NCBI GenBank assembly: GCA_951406725.2
Contig: OX597831.1
Coordinates: forward strand, 5,952,001 to 6,016,000
Direction of reading: 5' to 3'
Length of the DNA: 64,000 bases
DNA from: Octopus vulgaris
Taxonomy: Eukaryota
Shown in pieces: positions 12,392 to 27,500 of the stretch. The position numbers were made by a program, and so were the translations under genes. The notes below the pieces were generated by a model, which was not told where the DNA came from, made no database searches, and worked only from the letters and a program-made list of their open reading frames with translations. Positions within the stretch are counted from its first letter, which is position 1. Every line of letters starts with the position of its first letter.

Positions 12392-15300
12392 CTGTGTTTG
12401 TCCCCCTAGCATTGCTTGACAACCGATGCTTGTGTGTTTACGTCCCCGTCACTTAGCGGTTCGGCAAAAGAGACCGATAGAATAAGTACTGGGCTTACAA
12501 AGAATAAGCCCCGGGGTCGATTTGCTCGACTAAAGGCGGTGCTCCAGCATGGCCGCAGTCAAATGACTGAAACAAGTAAAAGAGTAAAAGAGAAAAAGAG
12601 TATCATCATCATTATTGTTTCAATGTCCATTTTCCCATGCTCGTATGGGTCAAATGGAATTTTCTCTAGTTGGATGCCCTTCCTGTCATCAACCCTGACC
12701 CGTCTCCAAGCAAGGAGAAACATATCTGGCCCCCATGTTTCCCACAAAAGACTGGAAGTGTACACCCTCACTTACATGACAATGATACTCATTTATGACC
12801 ATTACATGATGACAAGACAAGAATACATACACACACACACATATATATAGATACATACACACACACACTTACACATACATACATACACACATGTGTGAGC
12901 ATACGCAATAGGTTTTTACCAGTTTCATCATCATCATCATCATTTAACATCCGTTTTCCATGCTGGCATGGGTTGGACAGTTTGACTGAAGAATGGTAAG
13001 CTAGGGAGCTGCACCAGGTTCCAATCTGATTTGACACGGTTTCTACAGCTGTTGGAAATGTTCAGCTTTCTTTAAGTCTCATCGATACAACACCCACCCA
13101 TATATCCTTTCCTACTTTAGGGCACAAGACCCGTAATTTTTGGGGTGGGGACCAGTCAATTAGATCAACCCCAGTATGCAACTGGTACTTAATTTATCAA
13201 CCCTGAAAGGATAAAAGGCAAAATCGACCCCTTTGTACATATTCACGCCAAAGAAAATTTAAGGTGAACATCTGAATGAATTATGTAAAAATATTTTTCT
13301 TACATCTTTAAGAATCCACAGAAATTTAGTTTGCAAAACCTTAGCAAAACTCATTACCTTTTCTTTGTCCCTTGGTGCAACTATCAGAATGCTTTCTCCT
13401 GATTCATCAATACCTGCTCTACCAGCTCTTCCAATCATTTGTAAATACTGACATCTGCTGATGAAGTTCTTACCAACATAAGGGCTGCGCAATATAACTC
13501 TAAGCAAAAAAAAACAAAAATAAATAAATATTTGAATTTTGTCATAGAAGCTGCTCTATAGTAAAAACTTTATTAATATATTTAATATAAGGTGGCAACC
13601 TGGCAGAATTGATAGCACGCCAGGGAAAAAGCTTAGCAGTATTTCATCGAGTTCTATATTTAAGAGATGAGGAATTATTTACATTATTTACATTTGACGG
13701 ATATTTGTCCCCATCTTGTTTGTTGTTAACACATTTCAGGTGATATACCCTCCAGCCTTCATCAGGTGTCTTGGGGAAATTTCCAACCTGGGTTCTCATT
13801 CCTAAGGTATTTTTCGATGTTGTTGTTATTATTATTATTATTCAGGTCACTGCCTGGAATCAAACTCGGAATCTTGGGGTTTGTAGTCCGTGCTCTTAAC
13901 CACTACGGGCATATGGCACAGTGGTTAAGAGCACAGGCTACTAACCCCCAAGATTCCGAGTTTGATTCCAGGTAGTGACATGAATGATAATAATAATAAT
14001 ATTGCATAAACCAGTAGATTGAGAGAAAGATGTACAATTATAAATTTACAAAGTAAACTTTAAAATTTCTTACCGTAAATCCTTGAGTATAGTCCGCCCT
14101 TGAGTATAATACGCAGGGGGATTTTTAGGGAGATGTACCTCTGAAAAACCTAAACCTTGTGTATAATACGCACCCTTTCTCTAACTTAAGTCGTGCGTAA
14201 TGAAGCCAGCAGCACCTGATCGAACAAACACTTCCACACATGCGTAATACAATAATGGTGATGTTCTTAACTGTTATATGGGAATGTAAATATGTTTGCA
14301 AATTGTTTTTGTTACATGTTATACTGTGTTCTGAATACTTTTATTTTAATAAATGTTGCTTACTGCAAGTTATGGATGATTCTTTTATGACTTCATTGCT
14401 TTCAGGCTTAGCTTAAGGTATTTTCATGCCCGACATCACAAAATGCGCCTGAATAAACATTGCCGGACAGCAAATGGAGACTAGGACATTGCTTAGAAAA
14501 TATTTTTCATTTTTAACCTCGTATATAGTACGCACTAGGGATTTTGACTGTTAAATTTTGGGGAAAAAATGCAGATTATACTCAAGGATTTATGGTACTT
14601 TCATTTTGAATGATAAATAATTCAAAACAAACCGTTTAGCAGGAAGATTGACGCCTGCCGCCAATGTTGAGGTACAAGCTAATAAACACAGAATGTTAGA
14701 TGAGTATGCATCTTCTATCAACCTCCGTTCATCACTTGTAAGCCCGCTGTGGTGGTAAGCAATACCAAAAGGAATTGTTTGTGCTAAAACTGGGCACAAA
14801 TGGCCATTGTTGTCAGCTTTCAAATCTTTCAGCAGTTGCTTTTTTTGAGATTTGTGAATATCTAAGAAGTTCCTGCAAATAGAGATAGCCAAGATATAGA
14901 AGAAAGGAAAAGACATTAGCTGCATTTAACAAAAAGATGTTCCATTAACCAATGAGGGAATTTTAGCTGCTTCACTAAAAGGAAGCACCGTCTTTAGAAT
15001 GAAAACTGCAGGCTTATAGCACCAAACCAGAAGACTAACTTAGCTAGAAATACTAATAAAATGAATCATATGGAAGAGTATGGAAGAGAATGATGGCTGA
15101 AATGGGGTTCCTCAAAAGGATCTTTGGAGTAACATTACTTGACAGAGATTGAGGAGCAGCTACTTCTCCACACTGAAAGGTCACAGCTCTGGTACTATGG
15201 ACACATGATGAGAATATCACAGAAAAGAATTGCAGGATCCTTTTCTGTTTGGCTGCCACTTTTTCAATTTCCTCAATTTCTGTTCCAATTCATTTCATAT

Positions 15301-15510
15301 TAGGTGTAATGGTGTAGTTTTGTATGCTAATCATTGACATATAGTAAATCCAAACAAAACGATGAACAAACACAAAAAAATAACAATGCAAGGACGTGGG
15401 ACATGTGAAGTATTAGCAGACGCTCAGGGAAGGAAAGAAAGGTGGTTTTATGTTTCGAGTAAAGCTCTTCTTCAGAAACAGAGGAAAGTCCAATAGAAAA
15501 GGAAGACAGA

Positions 15511-15547
<37 letters not shown>

Positions 15548-18500
15548 AGGTTTGAAAATGCAATTTAAACGATGTTTATTTACTTAACCGGTTTCACTCT
15601 TTGGTAAAAGATTGTCAAAAGTTACATTTAAGGAAACATTGAATAATATGGGTTCAAAAAAGTTTTTTACATAATTGTCACATTGAATATTATGCATTCA
15701 AAAAAGTTTTTCACTCTTTTACCAAAGAGTGAAACCGGTTAAGTAAATAAACATCGTTTAAATTGCATTTTCAAACCTTTTTCTTATATAATCCCACTCG
15801 TGCGATACCCCACAACTCAACTTTTTTATATATATATATATATATATACATGCATATACACATATATACATACACACGCACACACACACACATACATATA
15901 TATATAGATATATATCTACACACATGCACATATATACATTTGTGTGTATGTGTATCTTTGTGTTTGTCCCTCCAACATCACTTGAATACCAGTGTTGGTT
16001 TGTTTATGTCCCTGTAACTGAACAGTTTGAGAAAAGAGTCCAAATGAATGAGCACCAGACTTTAAAATCAAGCACTGGGGCCGATTTGTTCAACTAAACA
16101 CTGCAAGGCTATATCCCAGCATGGCCGCAGTCCAACGACTAAAACAAGCAAAACGTAAAATATAAATCAAAATGATATAAAGACATTGGATACCTTTTAT
16201 ATTTGGCCAACATTTTGGTCAGCATGGTGGCCACATTTTCACAGTTTTTCTTTGTGGAACAAAACACCAAACAGGAGTTGTCAGGAATGACTTCCAATAC
16301 AAGACCCAGCAGATGGTCAGGATCTATTTTGCACATTTCTTTTTTGTACTGAAATAAGGAAAAACACAAGAATCTTTAACCCTTTAGCATTCAGGTTGTT
16401 CTGTCCATGTGTAATGCTTATTTATTCATTGCTTTGAAATTAATTATGCATCACCTTATAACTTCAAGACTTCGGTGATGAGGCTGTTTGCTTTTAGAAT
16501 GACATTGCAGAGTGGATGCAGGATTCCAGATCTGGTTGGTTTGGACATAAAACAGGTGGAATGTCGTAGCTGGACATGGCCATTTTGAATACTAAAGGGT
16601 TGAAAAGAATATTAAGAGGTTCAAGCTGGTCAGCCGAGGTGCTTTCCACCATGATGCATGCCTTAAATGGAGTTCACAGAGATTGTCGGGTGCCTGGTGG
16701 AGACCAACGCATAAGCAAAGGTATGGCTGTGTGGTAAAAAGCTTGATTCTCAACCACATGGTTCCAGGTTCTGTTCCACTACATGGCACCTTGGGCAAGT
16801 GTCTTTTACTATAGCCTCAGGCCAACCAAAGCCTTGTGAGTGGATCTGGTAGATGGAAACTGAAAGCAGCCCATCGTGTGTGTGTGTGTAGGCATGTATA
16901 TATGTATATCTATCTATGTGTGTGTGATTTTGTGTTTGTGTTGTATTTATCCCCCGCCACTGCTGGACAGTGAGTGTTGGTTTGTTTACATCTTCGTAAC
17001 TTAACAGTTAGGCAAAAGAGACTGACAGAATGAAATACCAGACTTAAACAACAAAACATGTTTACTGCTCTTGTGAAGTAATTGCAAATCTTCATCTCAC
17101 CCATCAATGCAGAAAAATGAGAAGAAATTCTCATAGGGGTAGGAGTAGCTGTATGTTAAGTAGTTTGCTTATCAACCACATGGTTCGGGGTTCAGTCCCA
17201 CCATGTGGCACCTTGGGCAAGTGTCTTCTACTATAGCCTCAGGCTAACCAAAGCCTTATGAGTGGATTTGGTAGACAGAAACTGAAAGAAGCCCATTATA
17301 TATGTGTGTGTGTGTGTGTGTGTTTTGTGTCTGTGTTTGTCCCCACAAGACTGCTTGACAACTGGTGTTTTACATCCCCATAACATAGCAGTTCAGCAAA
17401 AGAGATCGATTGAATAAGTACTAGGCTTACAAAGAATAAGTCCTGAGGTCGATTTGCTCGACTAAAAGCAGTGCTCCAGCATGGCTGCAGTCAAATGACT
17501 GAAACAAATAAAAGAATAGCCCACCTCTAAAGCGGTCAGAGAAATCGTTTAAAAATCAGTTACCAAATGTTTTTTTTTTAAATGTGTAAAACAAAATACA
17601 AAAGTTCATAACAAACCTGAAATGTGGCCACTCTGTTATGAACCAGGATCTCTTCTGAAAATTTTGGACACACACGATAGATATTGTCGTCAAGCTTGAT
17701 GTATTCAGTGAGTGTAACCTTTTTTTAAAAACAAAATATAGTAGATCAAAAAATAAATGAGAAAAGATTGAGTTTAGAGACCACTGCTCCTCCACTTCCC
17801 CTCTACACGCACACACATAAACAAGAGGTCAAATCTTACCAGTAAAGCCATAGTGGTATGTCCCTGGACAATAATTGCTATGTAACTCAGACTATATTTT
17901 CTTAATGTATGTTTAAGCAGCATTGACCGTGGAGTCAAATGTGCTGGAGCAATGCTTTGTACTGGACTATATGAGAATAAATACTTATTCATCTCACACA
18001 CGTGCGTACTTTATGTAACCAAAAGAAAGGTAACGACCACTGGGGGATTGGGGAACAAGGAAAGAAGAATTATAAGATTGCGATCCCTCTCAAGGTCTTA
18101 AAATGAATAACACAGCTACACACATTAATCATCCTCCCACCCCTTCTCTGCCACCATCCTTGATCGAAATATACATGAGTTCACTCCCTTGGCAACTCAT
18201 ACTGAACTTCCTTCTTAGTATATAAATACAATAGGGCGGCGAGCTGGCAGAACCGTTAGCACGCCGGGCGAAATGCTTAGCGGTATTTCGTCTGCGTTAC
18301 ATTGTGAGTTCGAATTCCGCCGAGGTCAACTTTGCCTTTCATCCTTTCGGGGTCGATAAATTAAGTACCAGTTACACACTGGGGTCGATGTAATCGACTT
18401 AATACCTATGTCTGTCCTTGTTTGTCGCCTCTGTGTTTAGCCCCTTGTGGGTAATAAAGAAATAGGTATTTCGTCAATTTTTACGTTCTGAGTTCAAATT

Positions 18501-21500
18501 CTGCCAAGGTCAACTTTGCCTTTCATCCTTTCAGGGTCGATTAAATAAGTACCAGTTACGCACTGGGGGTCGATGTAATCGACTTAATCCCTTTATCTAT
18601 CTTTGTTTGTCCCCTCTATGTTTAGCCCCCTGTGGGCAATAAAGAAATGAATATATAAATATGATACCTGGGTGTGCCTCTTTCTGCTCCCACATAAGCA
18701 TATGTATGCATGAGAATGTGTACACCTTGCTCAGAGTTGCACTAAACACTAACTGAGATGTTGTAGCCTTGTTTACACTGCCCTAACTTCAGTGGTTTGG
18801 CAAAAGGGACCTATACAATAAGCACCAGGCTTAAAATAAATACCAGGATCACTTGTTCAACTAAACCCTTCCTAAACCCTTCAAGGCAGTGCCCCAGTAT
18901 GGCCAGTAAAAGATGAAAGATATTACTCACAGGTCGAAAATCATTCGTGTAAAGCTCTGCCCTCAGGAATGTCTTCAGGTCACTGATGTTGCTTAATGTG
19001 GCGCTCATACCAATTATTTGGCAGGAGTCTGTAAGAAGGAAAACCAACCATCAACAACAACAATATGTAGCAGATGACAAATGAGACAAAAGCAAAATTA
19101 CTTTCAACTAGAAACAGTCAAATCATTTTTCCTACTTTGGATGTTTTGCAAACAACTTGCACGTGCAAGTGGTACCAGTCAAAAGTGCTACTGGAAGCCA
19201 GCACATGTGTATGGGGTCATCAGGAGAGAATGCATGCTGTTTCAGGGCCTACCTCTCGACGGCATCATTGTGCACTGGTTCCCCTCACTGATACGAGGCC
19301 CCACTTGCTAGATCAACTGATTATCAAATAAAGCTCAATAGAGATGCAGGAGTGGCTGTGTGGTAAATAGCTTGCTTACCAACCATATGGTTCTGGGTTC
19401 AGTACCTATTTCTTTACTACCCACAAGGGGCTAAACACAGAAGGGACAAACAAGGACAGACAAACGGATTAAGTCGATTATATTGACCCCAGTGCGTAAC
19501 TGGTACTTATTTAATCAATCCCGAAAGGATGAAAGGCAAAGTCGAGCTCGGCGGAATTTGAACTCAGAACGTAACGGCAGACGAAATACCGCTAAGCATT
19601 TCGTCCGGTGTACTAACGATTCTGCCAGCTCGCCGCCTTTCAGTACCACTGCGTGGCGCCTTAGGCAAGTGTCTTCTACTATAGCCTCGGGCCGACCAAA
19701 GCCTTGTGAGTGGATTTGGTTGACAGAAACTGAAAGAATACCGTGGTATATATATACATGTTTGTGTATGTGTCTGTGTTTGTTCACCCACCATCGCTTG
19801 ACAACCGATGCTGGTGTGCTTACGTCCCTGTAACTTAGTGGTTTGGCAAAAGAGTCCGATAGAATAAGTACTAGGCTTACAAAGAATAAGCCCTGGGGTC
19901 AATTTGTTTGACTAAAGGTGGTGCTTCAGTAAAAGAATAAAAGGAAAAGAATTCTTCTAGCCATCACTCATCGTCTCTTTTTAACCAAATCCAGTGGCTA
20001 GCCTTTTCCACTGTAGTTTGGATATCGGTCATGGTGGTATTTACAATAAAGTTGAGTTAGGCCTAATGATAATAACAGTCACCTCACACTGTGTCCAACA
20101 AAACCTCTACATCCGACTTCAATTGGAAAATTTTACACTTTAATCTGTATATATAAAAGGCAGGATGTGGGTGTGGGTGTGTGGGTGTACTTGAATGTAA
20201 TTTATACACGTCTACAAATTAGCACGTATGTTGCTCCAATTTTAGGAGGACATTCGTTATGACCCTAGCTGTATTTTTGTCAACTTATTTTTCCCAGAGG
20301 CACAAGCGGATAGCAGTAAAAATAAATTTTCAACCAAAACTTTTAAGAATTTTCAAGCCGGAGAAATCACCATTGTTTGCAAACAGGAGTTAAGTCCCCT
20401 TCTAGCGACGAGTAAGTTTTTGTTAAGACTTTTGTTGTTTTTTTTTCCATTGAGGAAAAAAGTGTTTTGTTGATATACGGGCAACACACACACATACACA
20501 CAAACATGTATGCATATACAAAAAACATGTATGCAATAGGTGTATGTAACATATATATATATAAACCAATTTTAATGTATTTCGCCCAAATTTGATGCTG
20601 ATATTACTTAGTTTGGTTTGAAATAAAGAACTTGATTAGCTTAATAATCCTAACTTAATCCCGGACAAAGCCAGGTTATACTGCTAGTATACTCTAAATT
20701 ATTATCCTGTATTTTATCGTAAGTCAATATCAACAAAATTTAGGACGATGAACTGCTAGAAAGAAGAGTTGACATGTCACAAATAATGCATTGCAACATT
20801 TCTTCTAACTTGACGTTTTGAGTTTAAATTCTGACAATAACTTTACCTTCCGTCCTTTCGGGGTCGATAAAATAAGTACCAGTTAAGCACTGGGGTCAAT
20901 GTAATTGACTTACCCCCCACCCCACCCCACCAGAAATTACTGGACTTGTACCAACATTTGAAACCAATATTAAGAAAATTTATAGATCAAAACAATTATG
21001 GTGTCAGTGGTGGTAGTGGTGGTGGTGGTGGTATCCAAAAGAAAAGTTCCCAGATGGAATGACAGGCTTTTCTCCTTCATCACAGTAAATTAATTTATTC
21101 TACTTTTGAAATGTTTCTGCTCACTAATTGCTGAAATAAGTCAACACAAGTCTCTTCTGATCCTATTGTTCTCCTTAATGTATAATAATGCCATAAAACC
21201 ATAAGAATGTACTTCAATAGTTCAAGTCGAAGTTACTTACATCCATAACTTAAAGTTTTAATTAAAGTTGCTTCCAGCACAGCACCTCTGCGCCCACCTT
21301 CACCCAACATGTGCAGCTGAAACAGAAAGTTGAAATTTTCTTATATTAAATATATTTTACAGAAAATTCTAGATTAAAATCTACATATTTAGAATCAGTG
21401 CTTCATTGAGATAGTTGTTACAGTACTTGACAACAAACCAAGAGGTCATTGGTTCATATTTCATCGAACCTGGGTTCTCATTCCCACAGGCATACAGCAT

Positions 21501-24500
21501 AGTGGTTAAGAGTGTGGGCTACTAACCCCAAGATATCAAGTTCAATTCCAGGCAGTGACCTGAATAATAATAATAATAATAACATCGAAAAACACCTTAG
21601 GAATGAGACCCCAAGACACCTGATGAAGGCTGGAGGGTATATCAGCCGAAATGTTGTGTTAATAACAAACAAGATGAGGACAAATATCCGTCAAATGTAA
21701 ATAATGTAAATAATATCCATAAGCATGTTTAACTCTTTCATTACCAACCTGGCTAAACCCGGCTCTGGCTCTGAGTATAAATGCCTTCTTTTCATAAGTT
21801 TTGAATTAAAATCTTCCACCAAACCTTAGTCACTGTTTGTGTTCCTAATACTAGCTGAATGGTAACTAAGTTATTTTACTAAATTCTTTGTTATATTTAA
21901 AATTAATTGAAAGAAACACAGAGCATCTCAACAGAAATACGGTAATGAAAGGGTTAAGATATATAAAAGAAACAATTCTTAACCATTTCGATACCAGCCT
22001 GGCTGAAACTGCCTCTGGCTCTGTAGTATAAATGCCTTCTTTTCATAAGTTTTGAATTAAAATCTTCCACCAAACCTTAGTCACAATTTATGTTCCAAAC
22101 ACTAGCTGAATGGTAACTAAGTTATTTTACTAAATTCTTTGTTATATTTTAAAATAATTGAAAGAAACACAGAGCATCTCAAAATAAATACGGTAACGAA
22201 AGTGTTAAGCATTTTTACATTTTGTCAAATATAATCATGAACATACACATCATAATTACCATTGCTTAACCCCTTACCCAACAATTATTTTGAAAATAAA
22301 TGTATTTTTTCAGACATATTTTTTAATTGTTTTATTTTACTATGATTTTGGCGAGTCTATCTTTTAACGAGTTAACTCGCCAGAGATAGAAAAAAACGAT
22401 TTCGGTCAAGACGCATATATTCGTTTCTGCCGGGTAAGGGGTTAAATAAATTTTTTTTTTTAAATTAACAACAAACAAAAGCCTTACTTCATCAACAACC
22501 ATCAATCCCAATTTGCCCATTCGATTCAGTTCAATAAATTGATTGATCAAACTGTGGGCTTTCTCAATGGTTGCAATATACAGGGTTCCCTTCTGGTGAC
22601 GATTAAGTGGTGGGTATCGACCTTTGCTCCCTGCATACTCTTCTACATGGAAGTTCAGTTCAACAGCCAGTTCTGCAATGGTCTTCACCTTGGTTGAAAG
22701 ACAACAAATGAGGATTATGGACTTATCTCTATCCTTAGATAGCTGAAACAATAGACTTCTAGACTTTAAAAGCATTATTCACAGCAACATCGGGTGCACC
22801 CATCTCCTTTGTTTTATTATATTCTATAATAAGTAATAAATTACTAACATGTCTGCATTGATATTCATAGAATCTTTAAATTAATGCAGATATTAAGCAA
22901 GGATAAGTGCATGTGTATATAAGTATATATATGCATGTGTACATGAGTATGTGTTTGTGTGTTTGTGTGTGTGCATATGCATGTTGTGTGTGGAGTGTGC
23001 GCAAGTGTGTGTAGTAAATATAAAGCAAACAAGGTATCATCATCGTTTAGCGCCCGCTTTCCATGCTAGCATGGGTTGGACGGTTCAACTGGGGTCTGGG
23101 AAGCCAGAAGGCTGCACCAGAACCAGTCTGATTTGGCAGAGTTTCTACGGCTTGATGCCCTTCCCAACGCCAACCACTCCGAGAGCGTAGTGGGTGCTTT
23201 TTACGTGCCAGACGAGGCTGGCAAAGAGCCTCGATCGGATGGTGCTTTTTACGTACCACCGGCATGGAGGGCAGGCGAGGCTTGCAACGGCCATGATCGG
23301 ATGGTGCTTTTTACGTGCCACCGACACGGAGGCCAATGATAAAGTGAGGGTCAGTGTATGACACCTAAAATACAAAAGTGATAATGATGATAGTGAAATC
23401 ATCAGACCACTAGCATACATTGGGGGCGAGGTAGGGGCAGTCCACTCTGGGTGGCACTTTTGGGTCTGGTATAGGCAATATGTGTTTTTTGCGGGATCCA
23501 GGAGCAGCAAATGGAAGAGCCACCCCGGGTGGTGCACACTCAGGCTACACTAGTGCATTAGACATAATATGGGATGATTTTGATAATAAATATTTGTGGT
23601 CAGACTTTACCTTTTCTTGTACGATTGAAACATAAGGTAGGACTAACATGGCATTTTTCTTCTGGCACAGCAACTGACGAAGAATGAGTATTTCAGCAAC
23701 AAGAGTCTTGCCACCACTTGTAGGTAAAGAGTAAATGAGATTCTGATTGGTTGATTGTTCAGCCAATGACAAACACTCCTCCTGCCAATCTAAGATGAAG
23801 ACATAAATAAACTGGTTTTGATAAAACAATGTGGCTGATCAGAATGTACAGGTTGTTTACAAGTGTTCATCAACAAAACAGCCAATGGTTTAACAAACAC
23901 ACATGCAATCATAAACACATACACACACACACACACACATATGCATACTATTTGGTTTCTGTCAACTTTTGGTCAGCCCATTGCTATTGGTGACATGTGA
24001 AAAGCACAATTCGAGCGTGATTGTTGCCAGTGTCGCCTTACCGGCAAATGAGCTGGTAGCACATGAAAAGCAACATTCAAGCGTAGTCATTGCCAGTGCC
24101 GCCAGACTGGTTCCTGTGCAGGTAGCACTTAAAAACACCTTTTGAGCATGATCGTTGCCAGCCTTGTCTTACTGGCACATGAAAAGCAACATTCAAGCGT
24201 GGTCGTTGCTAGTGCCGCTGGACTGGCTCCCATGCAGGTAGCATGTAAAAACACCTTTTGAGCATGATCATTGCCAGAACTGCCTGACTAGCCCTCATGC
24301 ACAAAGACGTGTGTCGCCATTTCCATGAGTGGTCGTAACACCTGCGAGAGGAAGGAGAATAATTACCGTTATATAGAGTGAAATCTGGTTTACTACAACC
24401 AGCTGACTGGCCCTCATGCCAGTGGCACGTAAAAGCACCCAGTACACTCTCGGAGTGGTTGGCATTAGGAAGGGTATCCAGCTCTAGAAACTTTGCCAGA

Positions 24501-27500
24501 TCAGATCGGATTGAGCCTGGTGCACCTGTGACTCACCCTTCCTCAGTCAAACTGTCCAACCCATGCCAGCATGGAACAGACGTTAACGATGATGACGATG
24601 TCGACGTTTATAGACTTCAGCATATGGAGCATATACGTTATATGGTTTTTCGAAAATTTTCACCAAATTTTACCCAAAAATTTTTTGAAAATTTTCACCA
24701 AAGATTTTACCTAACAATTTTTCGAAAATTTTCACAAAAATTTTTCGAAAATTTTCCCCAAAAATTTTCACAGAAATTTTTCGAAAATTTTCCCCAAAAA
24801 TTTTCACAGAAATTTTTCGAAAATTTTCGAAAATTTTTACCAAAAATTTTACCCGAAAATTTTTCGAAAATTTTCCCCAAGAATTTTTAGAAAATTTTTG
24901 CCGAAAATTTTACCCAAAAATTTTTAGAAAATTTGACAACTCTGGTGAAACCATCCAACCCATGTTGGGTAAAATAGACAACGGATGTTAAATGATGGTG
25001 ATGGTGGCGGTGGTGATAGATAATCATAGAATTCAGTGTTTCATGCATGACATGGCTGTTTGTGTAATGCTAGGATGAAGAAGAGAAATCTAAATTTTTT
25101 CGCAAGTTGAATCTGCATCTCAACAAGTCTGTGAGATGAAGATGGCTTTGCTTATGAAGTCTTCAGTATTTCGAGCATTTTTGATAGCATCTGAATGTGC
25201 ACATGTGTGTGTGTGTGTGGATGTGTGTGTGTGGATGTATGTGTATGTATGGATGTGTGTAAAAGTGGATGTGTGTGTGTGTATGTGTGCGTGCGTGTGT
25301 GTGTGTGCATGTGTGTGTGTGTTTGTCTGTCTGTGTCTGTCCCCACATCGCTTGACAACCGATGGTGGTGTGTATACATCCCAGTAACCTAGCGGTTCAG
25401 CAAAAGACACCGACAGAATAAGTACTTGGTTTACAAAGAATAAGTCCTGGTGAATATTTGCTCAACTAAAGGTGGTACTCCAGCATGGCCACAGTCAAAT
25501 GACCGAAACAGGTAAAAGAGTAAAAGAAAAACAGAAAATCAACAGAGTCTTGACTCACCATAAAGTTTCTTGATGCCTCTCTGCTTTTCAAAGAGTTCTT
25601 TGACTTTCAAAGGAAGACCATAGAATGGTCCGATATCAAAATTGCCAAGGCCCGTTTCCTTCTCTTTCTGCACAATTTCAAGACCTGCTTCTGCCTCAGC
25701 TCGCCTATAATGTTGCATTTTCTCAACGTATTTAGCAATGTTTTGTGAAATGTGTCCCTGAGCATTCTGGAATAGGCGCTGGTGGATGCGTTTCTTTAGA
25801 AAAGATGTACCCGTGGTCTTTGGATTTGAAGAAGTTTTGGAATTTATGTCATCTTCCTTAGAAAGGACACTTTCTTCCTAAACAATTTGAAAACAAAGAT
25901 TATGATTCAAACACGATAAGGACAAATATCCGTCAAATGTAAATAATGTGTAAATAATATGAGTTGAGAAAAAATATCATCATCATCAGCATCGTTTAAT
26001 GTCCACTATTCTATGCTTGCAATGAGTCAGATGGAGTTTATTTGAGGCAGATTTTCTTGCAGCTGGATGACCTTCCTGTTGCCAACCCTTGTCTGTTGCT
26101 AAGTAAGGTAAGATTTTCCCATGGCCAGACATCCTTGCAGAATATTGGAACTGAATGTAACTGCTTGAATGAAACCGTCACTCATTTACAACTAAGACAA
26201 TGTCAAGACAAGGAGACACAAACACATGTGTGTGTGTGTGTATGTATGTGTGTGTGTATGTGTGTATGTATGTGTGTATGTATGTATGTGTGTGTATGTA
26301 TGTATACTTGTATGTATGTATTTGTGTATGTATGTATGTGTGTATGTATACATGTATGTATGTATGTATGTATGTATGTATGTATGTATGTATGTATGTA
26401 TGTATGTATGTATGTATGTATGTATGTATGTATGTATGTATGTATGTATGTATGTATGTATGTATGTATGTATGTATGTATGTATGTATGTATGTATCAT
26501 CATCATCATCGTTTAACGTCCGTTCTCCATGCTAGCATGGGTTGGACGGTTCGACCGGGGATCTGGGAAGCCAGGAGGCTGCACCAGGCTCCGGTCTTAT
26601 CTGGCAATGTTTCTACAGCTGGATGCCCTTCCTAACGCCAACCACTCCGTGAGTGCAGTGGGTGCTTTTTACGTGCCACCTGCACTGTATGTATGTATGT
26701 ATGTATACATATATGCATGTTTACATGTATACATGTATGTATGTATGTATGTATATATGTATGTATGTATGTGTGCATGCATGCATGCATATGTGTGTCT
26801 GTATTTAAAAGTTTTAGCAAAAGAATACTTGATACAGTTATAATGTTTAAAGAAGGATTTTCTTAAAAGTTTTAATTGTTTAAAATAGTTTTTTAAGCAA
26901 CAGTAAAGCGCTTACACACAATACAAAAACTAACTTCCAAAATGTTTGTCATTTTGCTTTTCAAAAAAGCATTTTGAAATAATTAATAATTTTCAAGAAA
27001 CTCTTTCTTAAAATTATATATATACATTATTTATTCTTTCTTTTCTTTCTTTCTAGGTGCAGGAGTGGCTGTGTGGTAAGTAGCTTGCTTACCAACCACA
27101 TGGTTATGAGTTCAGTCCCACTGCATGACACCTTGCGCAAGTGTCTTCTACTATAGCCTCGGGCCAACGAAAGCCTTGAGTGGATTTGGTAGACGGAAAC
27201 TGAAAGAAGCCCATCGTATATATGTATATATATATATGTATGTGTATGTTTGTGTGTCTGTGTTTGACCCCCCAATATCGCTTGACAACTGATGCTGGTG
27301 TGTTTACATCCCAGTAACTCAGCGGTTTGGCAAAAGAGACCGATAGAATAAGTACTAGGCTTACAAAGAATAAGTCCTGGGGTCGATTTGCTCGACTAAA
27401 GGTGGTGCTCCAGCATGGCCACAGTCAAATGACTGAAACAAGTAAAAGAGTCAAGGAGTAATGAAGGTAATCACACTAGACACACCTGATCATTTTTTTA

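Noticed and set aside
26042-26843. VCMY/HTYI-repeat ORFs (also 1151-1560 and 25120-25410)
   Set aside because: Translations of TG/TATG microsatellites.
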